In this document: in pieces, positions 25,133 to 29,129 of the stretch
How the letters are laid out: each line of letters begins with the position of its first letter
How positions within the stretch are numbered: position 1 is the first letter of the stretch
Source: Candidatus Micrarchaeota archaeon
GTDB taxonomy: Archaea; Micrarchaeota; Micrarchaeia; Anstonellales; Bilamarchaeaceae
Length of the DNA: 29,129 nt
Assembly (NCBI GenBank): GCA_023247345.1
Contig: JAHFGR010000003.1
Span: 1-29,129, forward strand
Reading direction: 5' to 3'
Notes under the pieces: model-generated
Told to the model about the DNA's origin: nothing
Seen by the model: the letters and a program-made list of their open reading frames with translations, nothing else
Database searches by the model: none
Position numbers and translations under genes: made by a program

Positions 25133-26227
25133 ATGCAATTTGTTGATAATCGAGGGGCATGGCAAGGAAGAAAACCCAGAGTAACTGAAAGATTATTTAT
25201 AAGATTTTTGGAAACTACTTCTTCTGAAGAAGATTATAAACACAAACTCCTGCGTGCAATTTTCAAAGGAGTAAATGCAAGAGTTGATCATCTCAACGGG
25301 CGAGCGCATTTTACGACTTCAAGTTTTTCAATTTTTGCAAGAAGAGAATTTATAGGGCTTAGTGAAAAGCGTCCATTACTTCCGTATACACATATGCATT
25401 GTCGGGAAGTAGGCGATCTTGCGTATATACTTGCAAGAGAGCTTCAAAAAGCAGGCTTACTTGGCGGTTTGCCCGAGGATATCACCGTACTTATGCAATT
25501 ATCTGGATACGCACACGACATAGGAAAAGTTTTCATACCTAGAGGTCTGTTAGGCAAAGAACTTTGGGGCGCTTTGCAAAATTTTGAAAGAGATTGTATT
25601 AGGCATGGTCATTTGATAGCAGGAGTGACATTATTAGAAAGCCTACAAATAGAGCGCAGAGGTGATCTCGTAAGTCCGCTTATTCTGGCCAATGTAGGTT
25701 GTCATCATATAAGCTATACTGGTCTTGATTATCCGAGAAGTCCAAGTTATGGAAAACTACCTGGCATGGACGGAAAGCTTATTGTTGGGAGTGAATTGCC
25801 AATTCACCAGCGCATCTTAAAGCTTTGTGATCTCATAAGCGCTAGATTAAAACGCTACTATCGCGTTCCCAACGGTGAAGCAGATAGTGTTGATACTTTA
25901 GAAAAGTCAATTGCATTTGCATTAACAGTTGTTGATACTGAAGTAGATCCTTTACTCTTTCCGTATTTACTTAAAGGCATTTATGATATAAGCTTAGAGA
26001 ATGCAAAAGAGCTTGTTGAGCGTGTAACAACGCGTGTAATATTAAATAAAGAGAGAATGCAGACACTAGATGATTTGCTTGCTTTGGTTATGAGTGAACC
26101 TATGTTTGATAGATTTATCAAAAGAGAGAATAGACTTGGGTTAAATCTATATGGCAGTGATTCAAATTCCAATAATGGAGCAGCAGAGATTTCAACAAAT
26201 TTTGGCGGGGTTCTAGCTCTTCCGTGA
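25133..26227 (+). CDS. HD-GYP-like metal-dependent phosphohydrolase
   Basis: HCREVG, YAHDIGKVFIP, HGHLIAG, CHH....G.DYP, LPIHQRILKLCD; TTTATATA at 25101-25108. Confidence 0.8.
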   Translation: MQFVDNRGAWQGRKPRVTERLFIRFLETTSSEEDYKHKLLRAIFKGVNARVDHLNGRAHFTTSSFSIFARREFIGLSEKRPLLPYTHMHCREVGDLAYILARELQKAGLLGGLPEDITVLMQLSGYAHDIGKVFIPRGLLGKELWGALQNFERDCIRHGHLIAGVTLLESLQIERRGDLVSPLILANVGCHHISYTGLDYPRSPSYGKLPGMDGKLIVGSELPIHQRILKLCDLISARLKRYYRVPNGEADSVDTLEKSIAFALTVVDTEVDPLLFPYLLKGIYDISLENAKELVERVTTRVILNKERMQTLDDLLALVMSEPMFDRFIKRENRLGLNLYGSDSNSNNGAAEISTNFGGVLALP

Positions 26228-26255
26228 ACTTTATTCACGAATTCCTTGATTCTAC

Positions 26256-27014
26256 TTATCTACTAAAATTCCATTCTTTTGTTGAATATCTTGTTTTTGC
26301 GAGTTCGCGCGATCTTGCGAGTTCTGCCTCGCTCCATTTTCCAAATTCCCATTGCTTGTTTGAAGTAAACCCTTTCACCAGAGAATCGTATAGCTGATCC
26401 TTTTTTATCTTTTCATTTTGTTTTTTTATGCTTGTTACTCGCTCTTCAACTGTAGCGATCATCTTATCTCTTATTTTTTCATCTGGTACTTTAAGCAAGG
26501 AAAACATTTTCTTAACATCAACATCAAAAAGAATTGTGCCATGCTGCAACAAAACGCGATTCCTGCGAGTCTGCGCGTTGCCAGAGATTTTTTTCCCTCC
26601 TATATCAATGTCATTAATCGGAATGAAACTTGCCTGTAATCCAAGCAATGCCAAGCTATCAATTACCCATCCGCAGATTACCTTATAACTTTCAATAATA
26701 TTTTTTGGGAAAAGCGCCTCCGGTGCTATCACGCTATAAGTAATCTCCCCAAAATTATCATGATACACCGCGCCACCTCCTGTTCGTCTTCGTACAGCAT
26801 CAACTCCCTGTTGTTTGCAAACTTCTAGATCAATTTCATCTTCCATGCTTTGAAAACAACCAATACTAACTGCGCTTGGTTTCCATGTATAAAATCGAAT
26901 TGTTGGCGCCGCGTTGCCAGAGGCAATAATTTCGCTCGCTGCCTCGTCCAAAGCCATGTTTGTAAATGCGTCATGCTCTTCGAGAGCTATTACCCGCCAT
27001 TTTATATTAGTCAT
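26256..27014 (-). CDS. lplA: Lipoate-protein ligase catalytic domain (LplA N-domain / LipM-like)
   Basis: NMALDEA, RRRTGGGAVYHD, NDI...GKKISGNAQ, LQHGTIL; 252 aa ending at EWNFSR, no C-terminal LplA domain. Confidence 0.88.
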   Translation of the reverse strand: MTNIKWRVIALEEHDAFTNMALDEAASEIIASGNAAPTIRFYTWKPSAVSIGCFQSMEDEIDLEVCKQQGVDAVRRRTGGGAVYHDNFGEITYSVIAPEALFPKNIIESYKVICGWVIDSLALLGLQASFIPINDIDIGGKKISGNAQTRRNRVLLQHGTILFDVDVKKMFSLLKVPDEKIRDKMIATVEERVTSIKKQNEKIKKDQLYDSLVKGFTSNKQWEFGKWSEAELARSRELAKTRYSTKEWNFSR

Positions 27015-27064
27015 AAAATCAGTAAGCTAAATAATAAAGGGAAAAAAATAAAAATAGGAAACGC

Positions 27065-27535
27065 TTACCGCTTACTTATCTCCGAAAGTGCAATAACTGT
27101 CTCAGTTTTTGTCACCCCTTTAAATTCTCGTATCTTATTTATCACAAAATCTGTTATATCCCTTATGTCTTTACCATATACCTTGACGACGATATCAACA
27201 TTCCCTGTTGTTTCGAAAACCTCATCGACATTTGGATATTTTGCAATTTGACTTGCCAGTCCGCCCTTTTTAGATGAAGATTCTAATTCGTTATTATTCA
27301 GAGACACAAAAACTAGCGCGCATACAATTTGCCCTATTTTTTCACGATTAATTCGTGCAACATAAGCTTCAATTACGCCATTTTCCTTTAACTTTCTAAT
27401 TCTATTGTGAATCGTAGTTGGTGGGATGTTGATTATTTTTGCCAATTGGAATACTGATCTTTTCGCATTCTGTTGGAGTTCATAGAGAATATCGAGATCT
27501 TTTTCATCGAGCTTGATTTTTTCGATAATAGCCAT
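27065..27535 (-). CDS. Lrp/AsnC-family transcriptional regulator
   Basis: LDEKDLDILYELQQNA....LA...IP.TTIHNRIRKL.ENGVI HTH plus RAM domain (ETTGNVD...K..T.T.I.L). Confidence 0.93.
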   Translation of the reverse strand: MAIIEKIKLDEKDLDILYELQQNAKRSVFQLAKIINIPPTTIHNRIRKLKENGVIEAYVARINREKIGQIVCALVFVSLNNNELESSSKKGGLASQIAKYPNVDEVFETTGNVDIVVKVYGKDIRDITDFVINKIREFKGVTKTETVIALSEISKR

Positions 27536-27538
27536 GGT

Positions 27539-27558
27539 ATTATCTATAAATAGATAAT
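27539..27558. promoter_or_regulatory. Candidate operator palindrome upstream of the Lrp gene
   Basis: ATTATCTAT-AA-ATAGATAAT, 3 nt from the Lrp ATG; AT-rich, so chance is not excluded. Confidence 0.5.
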
Positions 27559-27688
27559 TTTAAATCTATGCTTTTTATGGATTTTTTGTTCCATTTTATT
27601 AGTATAATATAAAATTTTAATCCAATTATTCCATTTTTTCGGGATTACTTTAATATAGTTCCTTATCGGCAGTAAATTTGGTGAGAAA

Positions 27689-28492
27689 ATGACTAAGAAA
27701 ATATTAGAAATAAGAAAACCACGATCAACTGATCAAAACACCTGTCCATTCAGCCTTGGGAAGATGAGGGTGGTCCCTCTTTTTGAACCCCTACAAATAG
27801 CTAGAGATAAAAGAAAAATAGCGAGGCAGTTGAAAGACGCTTTCGAAAAATTTATTGCTAAAGAGACCGAGTTTAGTCCAACCTATGCTACTGATCGAAA
27901 AGTTAAATTTAGGCCGTGCTATAGCGAAGCGGAAGAAGCGATAAAAGGGATCGGATATTCCGCCAAAGATGTGGAGAATTTCAGTCTTTCTGTTTCTATA
28001 ATAAGAGGCGAAAGTTGTTTTTCTCATCATCTTGGTTTGTTCTTAAGTGCTCTAATAAACCACGGTAGAGATAGTGATTATATAATCCATACTAGGCACT
28101 TTAAGGGCAATCCACCGGATTGTTTAGGTCTTCTAAATACCAAAAACATTCTTGTGAAAGGAAAAGCAGGCATGTGGCTTGGGGAGTTTATGAAAGATGG
28201 GAGTATTGTCTGTACTGGTAGCGCATATGGAGGAGTAGCAAATGGTATGGACGGAGGTAGCATTTTAGTTAAAGGCAAGGTAGGTGAGGGAAGCGCACAA
28301 TATATGAGAGGGGGTACTTTAACAATAAAAAAAGGAATAAACGAACGTTTCTATGATTATCATGGTTTTGGCGCTTTTTCAGAAGAAATCGCTACTGTCT
28401 ACATAAAAGGTGGAAATCTTCCAGGAGTCAGGGTCCTTTCAGAATTAAAGTTATACTACAAAGGGAAAATTGTGCCAAATGACACTTACTGA
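27689..28492 (+). CDS. Hypothetical protein with a GXGXG beta-helix (FwdC/GltB-C-like) domain
   Basis: Repeats ILVKGKAG..LG..MKDG.I...G / GMDGGSILVKGKVG....YMRGGTL.I; GGTGAG SD. Confidence 0.78.
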   Translation: MTKKILEIRKPRSTDQNTCPFSLGKMRVVPLFEPLQIARDKRKIARQLKDAFEKFIAKETEFSPTYATDRKVKFRPCYSEAEEAIKGIGYSAKDVENFSLSVSIIRGESCFSHHLGLFLSALINHGRDSDYIIHTRHFKGNPPDCLGLLNTKNILVKGKAGMWLGEFMKDGSIVCTGSAYGGVANGMDGGSILVKGKVGEGSAQYMRGGTLTIKKGINERFYDYHGFGAFSEEIATVYIKGGNLPGVRVLSELKLYYKGKIVPNDTY

Positions 28493-28767
28493 ACTTTTGC
28501 ATTTTCAGATCTACTAGAGAAAAAATTAACTTACAAAACCAAACTTCTCCCGTAATTAGGATTTGAATTTTTGTGAAAAAAGCAGTGGGAACATCCGACC
28601 CTTCGATGTAGTCAATTTTTTTAGTTCAGAAGGTTGTAAAAATCTGTTCTCGACTTTAAGGCCCAAAAAGTTGCAAAAAAGGTTTGATGAAATTACAGGG
28701 GAGAATTTTCAGACCAGTGAAATTTAACGTCAGAGAAAAAAATAAAAATACCCTGTGGCTGACCAGT

Positions 28768-29109
28768 TTATCCCAATATTTTTCTTAACCCTTCTGGCAC
28801 AAGCTTGAATCCGCTTAACACTTTTAACAATCCGTCTTCACCAGTAAGTGCTGATAAAATATCCCCAGCAGCCTTCATAATTTTTTTATTGCTGTCATGC
28901 TGTAACCATAAAACACCAAGGAGTTTCTCTATCCCGCGCTTTGTAAATTTCTTTTTTTCTTGCCATTCTGAAACAAATTTTTTTGTCTCTGGAGTTTTTA
29001 AGAAAGCATTAAGGGACTCTGATTTTTCAGATGGTGCCTTTGTCTGTTGCAAATCTTCTTCATCCTTTTCTTTAAATTTCATTAGTCCTAAAAACCAAGC
29101 CATTACCAT
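28768..29109 (-). CDS. Hypothetical protein
   Basis: 113-aa open frame bounded upstream by an in-frame TGA (29119-29121), so complete; no recognised motif; start 29109 or 29103. Confidence 0.55.
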   Translation of the reverse strand: MVMAWFLGLMKFKEKDEEDLQQTKAPSEKSESLNAFLKTPETKKFVSEWQEKKKFTKRGIEKLLGVLWLQHDSNKKIMKAAGDILSALTGEDGLLKVLSGFKLVPEGLRKILG

Positions 29110-29129
29110 GGGATCAACTCAACAATAAT

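Noticed and set aside
27689-28492. Formylmethanofuran dehydrogenase subunit C implying methanogenesis or C1 metabolism
   Set aside because: Only the generic GXGXG repeat is shared; no fwdA/B/D genes are in the window.
28545-28580. Second tRNA suggested by minus-strand TTCAAATCC
   Set aside because: The flanks (AAAAA / CCTAA) do not form a T-stem, and no D-arm or anticodon arm could be assembled.
302-29128. Short ORFs antisense to or nested in recognised genes (e.g. 302..544, 5693..5989, 10122..10472, 14114..14344, 24549..24926, 28805..29128)
   Set aside because: They shadow well-supported genes on the other strand or frame and show no motifs or start signals.

Overview
Archaeal chromosomal window. 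aIF-2beta, aIF-1A, Rio1, GGTGA-type ribosome-binding sites, TATA/BRE promoters and a BHB-intron tRNA point to an archaeon; a DPANN lineage such as Micrarchaeota is my inference, not a database result. The window opens with the 3' end of a retropepsin-like protease (absent from the ORF track), then aIF-2beta, aIF-1A, rio1, a YdbS/YdbT-like bPH_2 pair and two secreted proteins. A tRNA-Glu(CTC) gene on the minus strand (7021-7224, not in the track) carries three introns. Its 3' end is duplicated 1.6 kb away, bracketing an archaeal ATPase/DUF234 gene like an att-flanked islet. An MFS transporter, a patatin and a ZIP transporter follow. A complete 2-oxoacid (pyruvate-type) dehydrogenase set (E1a, E1b, E2, E3), a lipoate ligase and an Lrp regulator are spread over about 16 kb. 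They are interleaved with an MNT-HEPN pair flanked by two paralogous unknown membrane proteins, a minimal kinase-like gene, ChrA, an AbrB-VapC pair, an HD + orphan phosphohistidine-domain + TrmB module, and an HD-GYP-like gene. A family of 7-nt-periodic, self-complementary repeats occurs upstream of pdhA, just after pdhA, and in frame in both linkers of E2. One ORF-track entry (20611..22008) is labelled + but reads on the minus strand. All family calls come from visually recognised motifs; no searches were run.
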